NCBI GenBank assembly: GCA_964291625.2
Contig: OZ220089.1
Location: forward strand, 3,200,001 to 3,264,000
Source: Candidatus Latescibacterota bacterium
GTDB taxonomy: Bacteria > Latescibacterota > UBA2968 > UBA8231
Length of the DNA: 64,000 nucleotides
Direction: 5' to 3'
The translations under genes and the position numbers were made by a program. Shown here in pieces: positions 40,301 to 49,097 of this stretch (positions are counted from its first letter, which is position 1; every line of letters starts with the position of its first letter). The notes beneath the pieces are model-generated. The model searched no databases and was not told the DNA's origin. It saw nothing but the letters and a program-made list of their open reading frames with translations.

Positions 40301-40350
40301 CGGGCGCCGGTGTAGCCGAAGGGTGTGGTTCCTCCCGGCTTCATGGGCAA
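37300..40350 (-). CDS. Reg_prop beta-propeller + Y_Y_Y + sigma54-type AAA+ + Fis-HTH regulator (GAFTGA degenerate)
   Basis: DGL...D..G.LW.GT.GG repeats; YSHRL...YQDLSIGEYRFEVR; GETGTGKG, ELFGHEPGAVPGG, LFLDEV, LYYRLN, WPGNVREL, GAARLLG. Confidence 0.88.
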   Translation of the reverse strand: MPMKPGGTTPFGYTGARQFTLQDGLAGMLVEDLFQDGRGLLWVATADGGVSRFDGEVFENFGLSDGLPSLTVMTIAEDAGGQLWFGTLGGGLAAFDGRGFRVYTTEHGLPSNEILGLQPQPDGSLQVLSGAGVCRFAGGRCVESTTEIGGRPIGRVHDLVTDSTGTTWLATRTRGIISLDGRCMSPLFGQGGAHKWAWKLAQDTSGRLWIAPQRNEEAVVGRYDPRSRHLDFVDVSAPEAAEIVRPGIRHVRVDDRGWLWMARRGVLVHDGQTWYPFSDAFPEMDFRSTRLTYEDHEKNIWIGSWGGGLLFVARSGVRRYTEVDGLPGNLVRSLVEDRRGRVWIGTSKGIACHEEDRIRPMTTGPAVFAMEVDRQGTLWVGDAAGKVSKGASSESRVVAELAGDDHEIVTGLCADRTGRLWVGTSHGLLGHFEEERFVALEDRLPYACRAIMEDSGGVFWIGSGLGSPALYYTDGADRLRAADFAGLEAIPGVNALCEHSGMLWLGTTAGLFSVDPRSREVRRFTMAQGLSANRILSLTTDRQGRLWIGTDGGGVSSYDGQAFRRLRPGEGPLESGAVHAILCDRLGRLWFGTGAGLISYQPHHVSPGLVIRQLVEGRLLEAPESVSFPRGTAEVVIHFQGIRFRIDEDPLLYSHRLVGNGSKAEWSEFTPKNRVSYQDLSIGEYRFEVRVRDPEGNVSESALLQVRIVPGATDESRVDSVPGHSATIARILERLRRVAATDMTLLLHGETGTGKGLVAREVHDLSPRRQHAFVHVNCGSLTASRVESELFGHEPGAVPGGERRTIGLMEQAHEGTLFLDEVADLPPAGQQALLHILDDGLLRRVGGVESVPVDVRVIAATDRDLGEMVKEEAFRAPLYYRLNTFPVVLPPLRDRREEIPGLAEHFAAEFARQLRRPVPTLSQETLTYLRKYSWPGNVRELEHLIRRGLMLCEGPVLEVCHVSLPDERSEKQQIMDALRATKGRIYGEHGAARLLGMNPERLRSRMRSHGLQRPKS

Positions 40351-40548
40351 TGCTCGTCATCCCCGTGGCGGTGGTGGAGGCGATCTCCCCGGGCAGCGCG
40401 AAATCTCCAGCCGCCTGCCCGAGCAACCACGTTGGAATTAGGGTGGACCTGCGGAGTTGATCAAGGAGCAGCTCTGAGTCAGGGCCTACCTGCCCTGACA
40501 CGGGTCTCTCGCGCACCTGGGGGACCCGGGCAGAGTAGCCTAGTCAGA

Positions 40549-40770
40549 AAGTGGAATTGAGCGGATACGCTCTAAACGTATGGATCTAAAACCACAGATT
40601 TCATTGGCCAGCAGCGATATAAGGATGAATGGTCGTATCCATACGTTCATAGCGTACGATGGCCAGACTTTCCATGTATCGCCAGCTTCTGCCAAGTGTT
40701 GAATTTCCACTTGCTTTTTCGCAGTAGGGACCCCCTTATCTGAGGCCATGCAGGTGGATATTTAAGTGCC
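40549..40770. promoter_or_regulatory. AT-rich divergent control region with nested inverted repeats
   Basis: TACGCTCTAAACGTATGGAT (40566-40585) / ATCCATACGTTCATAGCGTA (40637-40656), 18/20 complementary; outer AAGTGGAATT / AATTTCCACTT; weak GG-N10-GC at 40756-40769. Confidence 0.6.
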
Positions 40771-40821
40771 TGTTTCCAATGACATGACAGGAAGAGGCAG
40801 GATGAGACTGAGACAAGCCCC

Positions 40822-40908
40822 CCCTCCGGTTGCATGCAGGCAGCCTGGCCCCGGCGGCCTTCCTGATGCTGATCCAGGGCCCGTCCGAGGTCCTGGCCGA
40901 CCGCGAGA
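40822..40908 (+). pseudogene. Stranded signal-peptide remnant homologous to the 5' end of gene A2
   Basis: LRLHAGSLAPAAFLMLIQGPSEVLADRE vs LRLPAASLALAAFLMLKGVHGPSEVFADHE (46282-46375); out of frame with A1. Confidence 0.8.
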
Positions 40909-40938
40909 GACGTCCATGTCCCCAAGAACTGCCGAGAG

Positions 40939-43900
40939 ATGAGAGTGAAAAGTCGAACAGGAATTCTCTGGTGCACCCTGCGTCCAGGCCCGGGTTCTGT
41001 CCTGATCGGCCTGCTTGGGTCGATCGCGTTTCACGACCCCGCCCAGGGCGCCGGTTTCTACCTTGAATGTCTCACCACAGAGGTTCGGGAAGGCGATTCT
41101 TTCGTCGTCACCCTCGTATACACCTCCTCCACCACCAGCATTATAGGCGCCTACTGGCACACTGACGCGGGCACTGCCGACTCCACCGATTACGTGGCCC
41201 AGGAGAATGAACTCCACTGGGGTAGCGTGGAAGATTCGAGGAACAGCCGTGTAGACCACACCTTCAGCACCCGTGAAGACACCCTGATCGAGGGTAACGA
41301 GACCTTCACGGTTTTCTTCACTCCCACGGACAACGTCGTGGACATGAACGACCCCGACCGCGACAACGCGTGCGGGATCACCATCATCGACGACGACCCC
41401 GGCATCACGAGGGTCAGCGTTGTCTCGACCCCGGCCAGGGACGAAACCTACGGGGTGGGCGAAACCATCAGATTCGGGGCGACCTTCAGCCGCGCGGTGG
41501 AGGTGGACGGCAATCCGGCACTTGGCCTCTGGGTCGGCAGCAACTGGAGGTCCGCCCGTTACCTCTGGGGTTCCGGCACCAGGAGACTGGCGTTCGGCTA
41601 CACGGTGAAGTCGGAGGACTCCGACAGCGACGGCGTGAGCATGGACGGCGGTTACCAGGACAGCCAGGGCCAGTGGCACAACTTCATCAACCACACCGCG
41701 GTCACGGCGGTGGGAACAGATACAGTCGCCTACCGGGCCTATGCCGGCATCGGCCACCAGTCGGGCCACAAGGTGGACGGCAGCCTCACTCCCATCGGCA
41801 CCGGAATGGAGATCACCTCCACACCTGCCGGTGGGGACAGCACCTACCGCTACGGGGAGACCATCACCGTTGCTCTCACCTTCAGCGCGGCCGTGGATGT
41901 CGACGGAACGGTTCTGTTGAACGCTCGAGCGGGAACCGGCGACGACACCTGGCGCGGGGTCAGGTACCAGGAGGGCTCCGGCACCCGAACCCTGGTCTTC
42001 GGCTACACGGTGCAGTCGAAAGACCTGGATACCGACGGATTCAGGGTGGAGGGAAGCTACGTCCAGGACGGTGTCCGCCGCGGTTTCGGCGGCAGCGGCA
42101 CCGTAAAGGTCAAGGGCACCGACACCGAGGTGCCGCCGAACTTCTCCGGCCTGTCGGACCAGTCCGGCCACAAGCTGGACGGCCGGCCATACGCCAGAAC
42201 GATCTCCATCACCTCCACCCCCACGGCCAGGAGCGACACCTACGGCAAGGGCGACACGATCCAGGTCAGCATCGACTTCGGCCAGGCAGTGGACGCCGGG
42301 GACGGTGTCATCGCCATCATCAGGATGGGTTCGATCTTGAACCAGAGGCAACCGCCGGTCGCTTCGGGCAGCGGCACCGACACTCTGCGGTTCGAGTACG
42401 AGGTCGTGGAAGGGGACCGGGACAGCAACGGGATCGATGCCTTCCTGCCCCATGGCCTGGACATCAAGGCTGCGGGCACCGACATCGCCTACGTGCCCAA
42501 CCCTGGAGGGGAGACTCCTGCCATGGGCGAAGACCCCGCCCACAAGGTGGACGCCAGGCTCATAGGAAACGACACCCGGGCCCCCACCATCTCTTCGATA
42601 TCCTTCACCGACAGTCCGGGGCCGGGTGCGGATTCCACCTACGTCGCAGACGACTACATCGGGGTCTGGGTGACCTTCAGCGAGAGGGTGCTCGCCACCG
42701 GGGCGCCCCAGGTGGAGCTCGACATCGGCGGCACGGCGCGGATTGCCCGGTACGGACAACTGGCCGGCGGAAGGACGATCGACCCGAGGGTCCAGGGCGT
42801 CGCCAACGCCACGTTGGTATTCGGCTACACCGTGCAGGAAGGGGACGTCGACAGCGACGGCATCTCCATAGGCGAGAACAAGGTGTCCCTGAACGGCGGC
42901 ACGATCGCTGACGAGGCCAGCAACGCGGCGGTATTGACCCACAGCGCCGTGGCGGCCGACCCGGGACACAAGGTGGACGCACCGGACACTACGGCGCCGA
43001 CCGTGTCGTCGGTGGCCATCACCTCCAACGCCGGGGACGACTCCACCTACGCCATCGGCGACAGCATCCGGGTGACGGTGACCTTCAGCGAGGACGTGAC
43101 GGTGAACGTGGGCGGCACCCTGCAGCTGCTGGTCGAGCTGGATGTCGGCGGCACCGCCAGGAACGCGGACTACCACAGCAGCGATTCGTCGGCTGTCGTC
43201 TTCAACTACACGGTGGCGTCGGGGGACGCGGATTCAGACGGCATCTCCATCGGCGCCGACAAGATCAGTCTGGACGACGCCACCATCCGGGACGCCGCGG
43301 GCAACGACGCGACCCTGACCCAAACGGCGGACCCGGAGGTGATCGCCGCCCACCCGACGGTGGCCGCCGATGCCGCTCACAAGGTGGACGGCGTGCGCCC
43401 GGCCTTCTCGAGCGCGGCGACCTCCACGGACGGCACGAAGGTGATCGTCACCTTCAGCGAGGAGACCACCGTGCCGGCGCTGCTGCGCTCGATCAGCACC
43501 ATGGTGAACGTCGCCCTGGATCGGTTCTACATCGCGGTCGTGGGCGTTACCGTGGACGACGACGAGGTGGTCCCAACCGCCGCCAGCCTTGCCGATACCA
43601 CCCTCACAATGACTTTGGGATCGGCTGTAACCCAGAGCCAGGAAGTGGAGGTGGCCTACGACAACATCTTCGCCCGCGACGCCGTCGGCCTCTTCATCGA
43701 CGGGGCCGGCAACGCCCTGCACCCCTTCTCCTCCCGGGATGTCACCAACAACTCCACCGTTGCCGACGCCGACGCGGGGGACGACCCGCCGGCCCTGACG
43801 CTGAGCCACACGGAGCTCGAGATCACCGAAGGGGCGACCTTCGACTACACCGTGGTCTTGGGAAGCGAGCCCACGGCGGACGTGACCGTTACGATCACGA

Positions 43901-44109
43901 GCTCTTCGACCAAGCTGTCGGCGAGTTCGACAACCCTCACGTTCACCACGGGAGACTGGGAGACGGCGCAGTCGGTGAGGCTCACCGCCAACCAGGACGA
44001 CGACGACCTCAACTACTGGGTGAGCGTGGCCCACACGGCCAGCGGTGGAGGCTACGACTCGTCGGCGGCGAATCTGTACGTGGTCATCGACGACGATGAC
44101 GACGAATAG
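40939..44109 (+). CDS. Module 1 gene A: secreted protein, Calx-beta + 5 Ig-like 'HKVDG' repeats + SwmB-like + Calx-beta-like C-domain
   Basis: DTLIEGNETFTV...ITIIDDD; five ~120-aa TY..G(E/D)TI....TFS...GSGT..L.FGYTV...D.D.DG...HKVDG units; TLTFTTGDWETAQ; ends VVIDDDDDE. Confidence 0.8.
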   Translation: MRVKSRTGILWCTLRPGPGSVLIGLLGSIAFHDPAQGAGFYLECLTTEVREGDSFVVTLVYTSSTTSIIGAYWHTDAGTADSTDYVAQENELHWGSVEDSRNSRVDHTFSTREDTLIEGNETFTVFFTPTDNVVDMNDPDRDNACGITIIDDDPGITRVSVVSTPARDETYGVGETIRFGATFSRAVEVDGNPALGLWVGSNWRSARYLWGSGTRRLAFGYTVKSEDSDSDGVSMDGGYQDSQGQWHNFINHTAVTAVGTDTVAYRAYAGIGHQSGHKVDGSLTPIGTGMEITSTPAGGDSTYRYGETITVALTFSAAVDVDGTVLLNARAGTGDDTWRGVRYQEGSGTRTLVFGYTVQSKDLDTDGFRVEGSYVQDGVRRGFGGSGTVKVKGTDTEVPPNFSGLSDQSGHKLDGRPYARTISITSTPTARSDTYGKGDTIQVSIDFGQAVDAGDGVIAIIRMGSILNQRQPPVASGSGTDTLRFEYEVVEGDRDSNGIDAFLPHGLDIKAAGTDIAYVPNPGGETPAMGEDPAHKVDARLIGNDTRAPTISSISFTDSPGPGADSTYVADDYIGVWVTFSERVLATGAPQVELDIGGTARIARYGQLAGGRTIDPRVQGVANATLVFGYTVQEGDVDSDGISIGENKVSLNGGTIADEASNAAVLTHSAVAADPGHKVDAPDTTAPTVSSVAITSNAGDDSTYAIGDSIRVTVTFSEDVTVNVGGTLQLLVELDVGGTARNADYHSSDSSAVVFNYTVASGDADSDGISIGADKISLDDATIRDAAGNDATLTQTADPEVIAAHPTVAADAAHKVDGVRPAFSSAATSTDGTKVIVTFSEETTVPALLRSISTMVNVALDRFYIAVVGVTVDDDEVVPTAASLADTTLTMTLGSAVTQSQEVEVAYDNIFARDAVGLFIDGAGNALHPFSSRDVTNNSTVADADAGDDPPALTLSHTELEITEGATFDYTVVLGSEPTADVTVTITSSSTKLSASSTTLTFTTGDWETAQSVRLTANQDDDDLNYWVSVAHTASGGGYDSSAANLYVVIDDDDDE

Positions 44110-44136
44110 TCGAAAATCGAAGAGCCTGAATTTCAA

Positions 44137-45387
44137 ATGAAGTCCTTGATTTTCGCTTTAGCGGTTATCCATCCCCTTTCGCTGTGGGCCGACCACCCCG
44201 CCCCCCGGCCTCTGGATTCCTGGGAGCTGGCGGGGAACAGTCTGAAGTTCGACGTCGCAACCATTCTCGCCCAGGCGGATGAAGGGGGTGAACCCATACC
44301 CGCAACGCCCTCCGTCACCCTGGAGCTCTTCGAAGGCAACTTCTTCAAGCTCTCCATCCTCACCGAGGCGGAGGAGGGGTACACCTTTCCTCACTTCCTT
44401 CCCGGTCCGCCCGTCCACAGCCCTCCCCCTTCAACGAGGGCTGCGGCGGGGTTCGGATATTTCAGCACGCACTCCGATACCCTGCGGTTCAACGCCCACT
44501 ATCTGAAGCTGTTCGCAGACGGGGAGGACCTGGAAGAGATCATCGGGCGCTCCGGCGACGCCGGGGCGATCGATGAATACAAGCTGGTCATCTCCCTGGT
44601 GAACGGTCTGTACCTGGATCTGTTCAACCACCTGTACGCGTACGAGTCCGCCGACCGGCTGGTGTTCCTGCTGCCGGCGGGCAGCCCGTTCACCGAGGCA
44701 ATGGGGGATCCGGCCGGTGGCGTCGTCTGGGAGCTGGAAAGAGCCGGAGCGACACCGTCCCCGTCGTTGACGGCGGTGAAGGCCAGGGTGCCGGGCGAAG
44801 GGGCCGCGGGCCTGACCCTCGAGTTCGGGCGCGCCGTGGCCGGCAGACCCGTCCACTACGCCTGGGGGGGGATCACCGACGAAACCGGCCGGGTGGAGCT
44901 GACCCTGTCCACTCTGGACCGGTCCGGGGCCACCGGCTTCTACCGGGCCCGGGCAAGCAACCAGGAGGGTCAGGTGGTGGGCAAGTGGCACAGCATTCCC
45001 CTCAACGAGAACCGACGCCAGGTCCTGGAGCTGACCCCGGGAGGAGACGCCCGGGTGGTGTCCAGCCAGTGGCTGGGCGCGGCCAAGACTGCCGCCGGTG
45101 GGGAGCCGGTGGCCATCGGCCTGGCGCGCAATTTCCCCAACCCCTTCAACAGCAGCACCCGGATCGTCTACCGGCTGGCCAACCCCGGTCCGGTGAGTCT
45201 GGAGATCTACAACACCCTCGGACAGCCGCTGGCCACCCTGGTGGACGAGGTCCAGGCCCCCGGCCGTTACCAGGTGCACTGGGACGCCCGCGACCAGCGC
45301 GGTGCTGCGGTGGCCGCCGGGGTCTACCTGACGCGCCTGGTGTATCCGGGAGGAGTGGAGACGCGGCGCGTGCTGTATCTCAAGTAG
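44137..45387 (+). CDS. Module 1 gene B: secreted protein, uncharacterised N-domain + Ig-like + C-terminal FlgD-Ig/T9SS-A-like domain
   Basis: Signal peptide; NFPNPFNSST...IYNTLGQ...WDARDQRGAAVAAGVYLTRL...VLYLK. Confidence 0.85.
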   Translation: MKSLIFALAVIHPLSLWADHPAPRPLDSWELAGNSLKFDVATILAQADEGGEPIPATPSVTLELFEGNFFKLSILTEAEEGYTFPHFLPGPPVHSPPPSTRAAAGFGYFSTHSDTLRFNAHYLKLFADGEDLEEIIGRSGDAGAIDEYKLVISLVNGLYLDLFNHLYAYESADRLVFLLPAGSPFTEAMGDPAGGVVWELERAGATPSPSLTAVKARVPGEGAAGLTLEFGRAVAGRPVHYAWGGITDETGRVELTLSTLDRSGATGFYRARASNQEGQVVGKWHSIPLNENRRQVLELTPGGDARVVSSQWLGAAKTAAGGEPVAIGLARNFPNPFNSSTRIVYRLANPGPVSLEIYNTLGQPLATLVDEVQAPGRYQVHWDARDQRGAAVAAGVYLTRLVYPGGVETRRVLYLK

Positions 45388-45462
45388 CTCTCCTGAAATG
45401 GTCCCTGCGCATACATGAAACCAGGAATCGCGTTACCCCATTAAAAGAGGGGAGGAATTCCG

Positions 45463-46233
45463 ATGAGACGCATCGTGTCTCCTTCAATTGCTCTGTTCAT
45501 GGGCCTGGCATCCAGCCTTCGGGCGGACCTGGTACCGTTCGAAGGACAGGTACTGGACCTCAGGTCCGCGCCGGTCCATCGGGCCGAGGTGGTGCTCTTC
45601 AACCTCGACAACCCCAGTTCGAGGGTGAGCACGACAACCGACGAGAGCGGCTCCTTCTCGATGTCCCTGGCCGACCTGGCCCTGCCGCGATCGAACGCGC
45701 TGGGGCAGAACTACCCGAATCCGTTCAACCCTTCCACCCTGATCCCCTTTGAGATCGCTGAGAGCGGACACGTTCGCCTGGACGTGTTCAACATCCTGGG
45801 CCAGCGCATGGTCACGCTGATAGATGAACAGCGCCGGGCCGGTCTCTACCAGGCGCAGTGGGACGCCACCGACGCCGAGGGCCGCCCGGTGGGTACCGGG
45901 GTTTACATCTACCGGCTCACCACGGGGAACTGGCAGGAGACGCGCAAGCTGGTCCTGATCGACGGCCCGGCGGGGAGCCCGAACGGGAGCGGCGGGAACA
46001 TCGAGGGGGAGGGGGCCAGGTACGGTGTGGAGATCTCCGGCGAGGAGATCCTCCCGGCGACCTTCACCTGGAGCCCGGAGATGGGCTCCCTGGTGGCGGA
46101 GGTGACCAGCGTGAACAACGTCCATCCCCCCGATCTCGAGGACTCCGGGATGGCCTCCAGTCCCTTCTACGGGACCAGCCTCGCCTCGGTCATCGAGGTC
46201 GTTTCAGCGTTCTCAAAGCGAGGAAGCGAATGA
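45463..46233 (+). CDS. Module 1 gene C: secreted protein with internal FlgD-Ig/T9SS-A-like domain
   Basis: Signal peptide; GQVLD..PV..AEVVL..TTTDESGSF; LGQNYPNPFNPST...GVYIYRL; ~90-aa tail; GGAGG RBS. Confidence 0.85.
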   Translation: MRRIVSPSIALFMGLASSLRADLVPFEGQVLDLRSAPVHRAEVVLFNLDNPSSRVSTTTDESGSFSMSLADLALPRSNALGQNYPNPFNPSTLIPFEIAESGHVRLDVFNILGQRMVTLIDEQRRAGLYQAQWDATDAEGRPVGTGVYIYRLTTGNWQETRKLVLIDGPAGSPNGSGGNIEGEGARYGVEISGEEILPATFTWSPEMGSLVAEVTSVNNVHPPDLEDSGMASSPFYGTSLASVIEVVSAFSKRGSE

Positions 46234-49088
46234 GTTCATGCCACTCTTCGAATGATCCAGGTGCGAATCTGGGAGCCGGCACCCTCCGGTTGCCCGCAGC
46301 CAGCCTGGCCCTGGCGGCCTTCCTGATGCTGAAGGGCGTCCATGGCCCGTCCGAGGTCTTCGCCGATCACGAGATTGCCACCATGACGGCGATGAACGTG
46401 ATCTCCGTACCTCCGGATTCCGCGTTCTACAGCGTTTCATCTTCATATTCACATGGCCCCAATGGGGAGACCTACGGGCTGGGAGAGATCATTGAGATCG
46501 AGGCCACCTTCAACAGGGGCATGCTGGTCACTGGCAGTGGCGAGGTCAAGATGGACCTCACCGTCGGCGACTCGACGAGGACCGCCACGTACCATCGCGG
46601 ATCCGGCACGAGAAAGCTGGTCTTCCGTTACGAAGTGATCGCCACGGACGTGGACACCGACGGGATCAGCGCACCCGCGACCGCCTGGAGCGGCAGCGGC
46701 ACGGTGAAGACTCTGGTTTCCAACTTTGCGGCGGTCTTCACGCCCTTGGGGCTCGACACCCAGTCGGGTCACAAGGTGAACGGCAGCCTGGGGCCCTGGG
46801 TCACCAAGGTGGAAATCGCCTCCACGCCTGCCTCCGGCACCACCTACCGGCATGGAGAAGAGGTCGAGATCGACGTGACGTACACCGCTCCCGTGCGGGT
46901 CGACAGCGTCAACCGACCCTGGCTGGCCTATTTCTGGAACCGGGCGTCGGATGGCACAGAACAGCAGAATCTTGCCGGGTACCGGAGCGGGAGCGGTACC
47001 AACACGCTGCGTCTCTCCTTTACGGTGAGATCCGAATTCAAGGACACCGACGGGGTCCGGATCGGGAGTGCTTTCCCTGATCAGTCAGGCGAGAGAAGGG
47101 AAAGAGTCGTCTGGGCGTTGAACCACGACGGCGTGAGGGCGCCCTGGAGAATGTCGGGGCTCGACGCGGATCCCGACCACAAGATGAACGGGGAGCCGTA
47201 CATAAAGGGAGTTGCCGTCACCTCAAGCCCGGCCTACGGCACCACCTACCGGCGCACGGAGGCGATCCGGATCGCGGTCACCTTCGACCAGAACGTCCAG
47301 GTAGAGGGCACCGTGACCAAGGGCTTGAAGTTCACCGATGGCGACGGCGGGTTCACCAGCCCCCATGCCCAGTTCGCCTCCGGTAACCGCACCACGACCC
47401 TGGTCTTCAAACACACCGTCGTGGAAGGGGATGAAGACACGGACGGTCTCACCGTCCTGGCGGGCGATGACGGTGGATGGGGGGGGAGCGGAAAGATCTG
47501 GTCGTCGCGCCCGGCGGGCTCCCTGGAGAGTTCAGTGCAAGCCGATGGGAGGCACAGCGAGATCGCGAACGCCGCCAGCCACAAGGTGGACGGAGCGCTG
47601 ACCCTGCCCGTTCCCGGCATCTCGTCGGTCGAGTTGGTAACGGATCCGGGGGACGACTCCACGTATGTCGCCGGCGACTGGATTGGCGCCAAGGTGACCT
47701 TCGACGAAAGCGTGTCCGTCACGGGCACTCCGCAGCTCAGGATGGGAGTCGGGACAACGGAGAAGATCGCCCGGTTCGGGCAGGGCTCGTTCGAGGGAAG
47801 TGTCAGCCCCGCCGACAGGACCGCCGGCCCCGAGGTGGTCTTCGGCTACCAAGTGCAGGAGGGCGACATCGACAGCGACGGCATCGCCATCGGGGAGGAC
47901 AAGCTCACGCTCAACGGCGGCGCCATCAAGCAGGCCGTGACGGACGTGGCCGCGGACCTGAGCCACGATCCCGTGACCCCCGACGCCGGCCACAAGGTGG
48001 ATGCCGTGGCCCCTGTCGTGTCATCCATCGCCATCAGCTCCCGCGCGGGCGGCGATTCTCACTACGCCATCGGCGACAGCATCAAGGTGACCCTGACCTT
48101 CAGCGAGGAGGTGACCGTTTCCGGCGCCCCGCAACTGGAGCTGGACCTCGGCGGCGGGGCGAAAACGGCCACCTACAACTTCACCGGAGATTCAACCGCG
48201 GTCTTCGCCTACGTCGTTCAGGAGGGGGACGCCGACACGGACGGCGTCGCCATCGACGCCGACACCCTCAGTCTTGCGGACGACAGCGCCATCACGGACC
48301 GCGTCGGCAATCCAGCGGAGCTGGCCTACGGGGCCGTCGCCGCCGACCGCGCCCACAGGGTCGACGGGGTGTCTCCCACTTTCAGCTCCGCGGAAGTCCT
48401 CCACACCGGCCGTCAGGTCAACCTGTTCTTCAGCGAGCAGGTCACCGTTCCCCGGATTCTTCGCACGATCAGTGGCATCGTCAACGTAAGTCTCGGTCAG
48501 TTCTTCATAGCGGTCTTGACCCTTGAGGTGGACGGCCATCAGGTGCGGCCCAGTTCCGCCTCTCTTCACGGTCTCACGTTGCAGCTGGGCCTCTACGCCT
48601 CGAATCGGGTGACCGAGAGCCAGCGGGTCAAAATATCCTACGACAACATCTTCGCCGCCGATGCGGTGGGCCTCTTCATCGACGGGGTCGGCAACCCGTT
48701 GGCCAACTTCGGCGCCGCCACTGCACAAAACCTTTCCAACCAGGCGGACGGGGAGGAACCGGACGTGGGGGAACTGGTATTGAGCCGGGACGAATTCAGG
48801 ATCACCGAAGGGGAAACCAGAGGGTATACGGTAGCCCTGGAGTCTCAGCCTTCCGACAGCGTGACCGTTGCCGTCAGCAGCTCCTCGAGCAAGGTGTCGG
48901 CCAATCGCGACAGCCTCACCTTCACCACGGACAACTGGAGTACGCCGCAGAGGGTGAGGCTCACCGCCAACCACGACGACGACGACCTGAACTACTGGGT
49001 GGCCGTGACCAACAGGGGCAGCGGGGACGGCTACGAGGGCGCAAGGAAGTGGGTGCTTGTGGTCATCGACGACGACGACGGGGAATAG
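46230..49088 (+). CDS. Module 2 gene A: secreted protein, 5 'HKVDG' repeats + SwmB-like + Calx-beta-like C-domain
   Basis: ATG at 46230 overlaps the C1 stop (ATGA); same architecture as 40939..44109 without the N-terminal Calx-beta; ends VVIDDDDGE. Confidence 0.8.
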   Translation: MSSCHSSNDPGANLGAGTLRLPAASLALAAFLMLKGVHGPSEVFADHEIATMTAMNVISVPPDSAFYSVSSSYSHGPNGETYGLGEIIEIEATFNRGMLVTGSGEVKMDLTVGDSTRTATYHRGSGTRKLVFRYEVIATDVDTDGISAPATAWSGSGTVKTLVSNFAAVFTPLGLDTQSGHKVNGSLGPWVTKVEIASTPASGTTYRHGEEVEIDVTYTAPVRVDSVNRPWLAYFWNRASDGTEQQNLAGYRSGSGTNTLRLSFTVRSEFKDTDGVRIGSAFPDQSGERRERVVWALNHDGVRAPWRMSGLDADPDHKMNGEPYIKGVAVTSSPAYGTTYRRTEAIRIAVTFDQNVQVEGTVTKGLKFTDGDGGFTSPHAQFASGNRTTTLVFKHTVVEGDEDTDGLTVLAGDDGGWGGSGKIWSSRPAGSLESSVQADGRHSEIANAASHKVDGALTLPVPGISSVELVTDPGDDSTYVAGDWIGAKVTFDESVSVTGTPQLRMGVGTTEKIARFGQGSFEGSVSPADRTAGPEVVFGYQVQEGDIDSDGIAIGEDKLTLNGGAIKQAVTDVAADLSHDPVTPDAGHKVDAVAPVVSSIAISSRAGGDSHYAIGDSIKVTLTFSEEVTVSGAPQLELDLGGGAKTATYNFTGDSTAVFAYVVQEGDADTDGVAIDADTLSLADDSAITDRVGNPAELAYGAVAADRAHRVDGVSPTFSSAEVLHTGRQVNLFFSEQVTVPRILRTISGIVNVSLGQFFIAVLTLEVDGHQVRPSSASLHGLTLQLGLYASNRVTESQRVKISYDNIFAADAVGLFIDGVGNPLANFGAATAQNLSNQADGEEPDVGELVLSRDEFRITEGETRGYTVALESQPSDSVTVAVSSSSSKVSANRDSLTFTTDNWSTPQRVRLTANHDDDDLNYWVAVTNRGSGDGYEGARKWVLVVIDDDDGE

Positions 49089-49097
49089 GGGAGAGGC

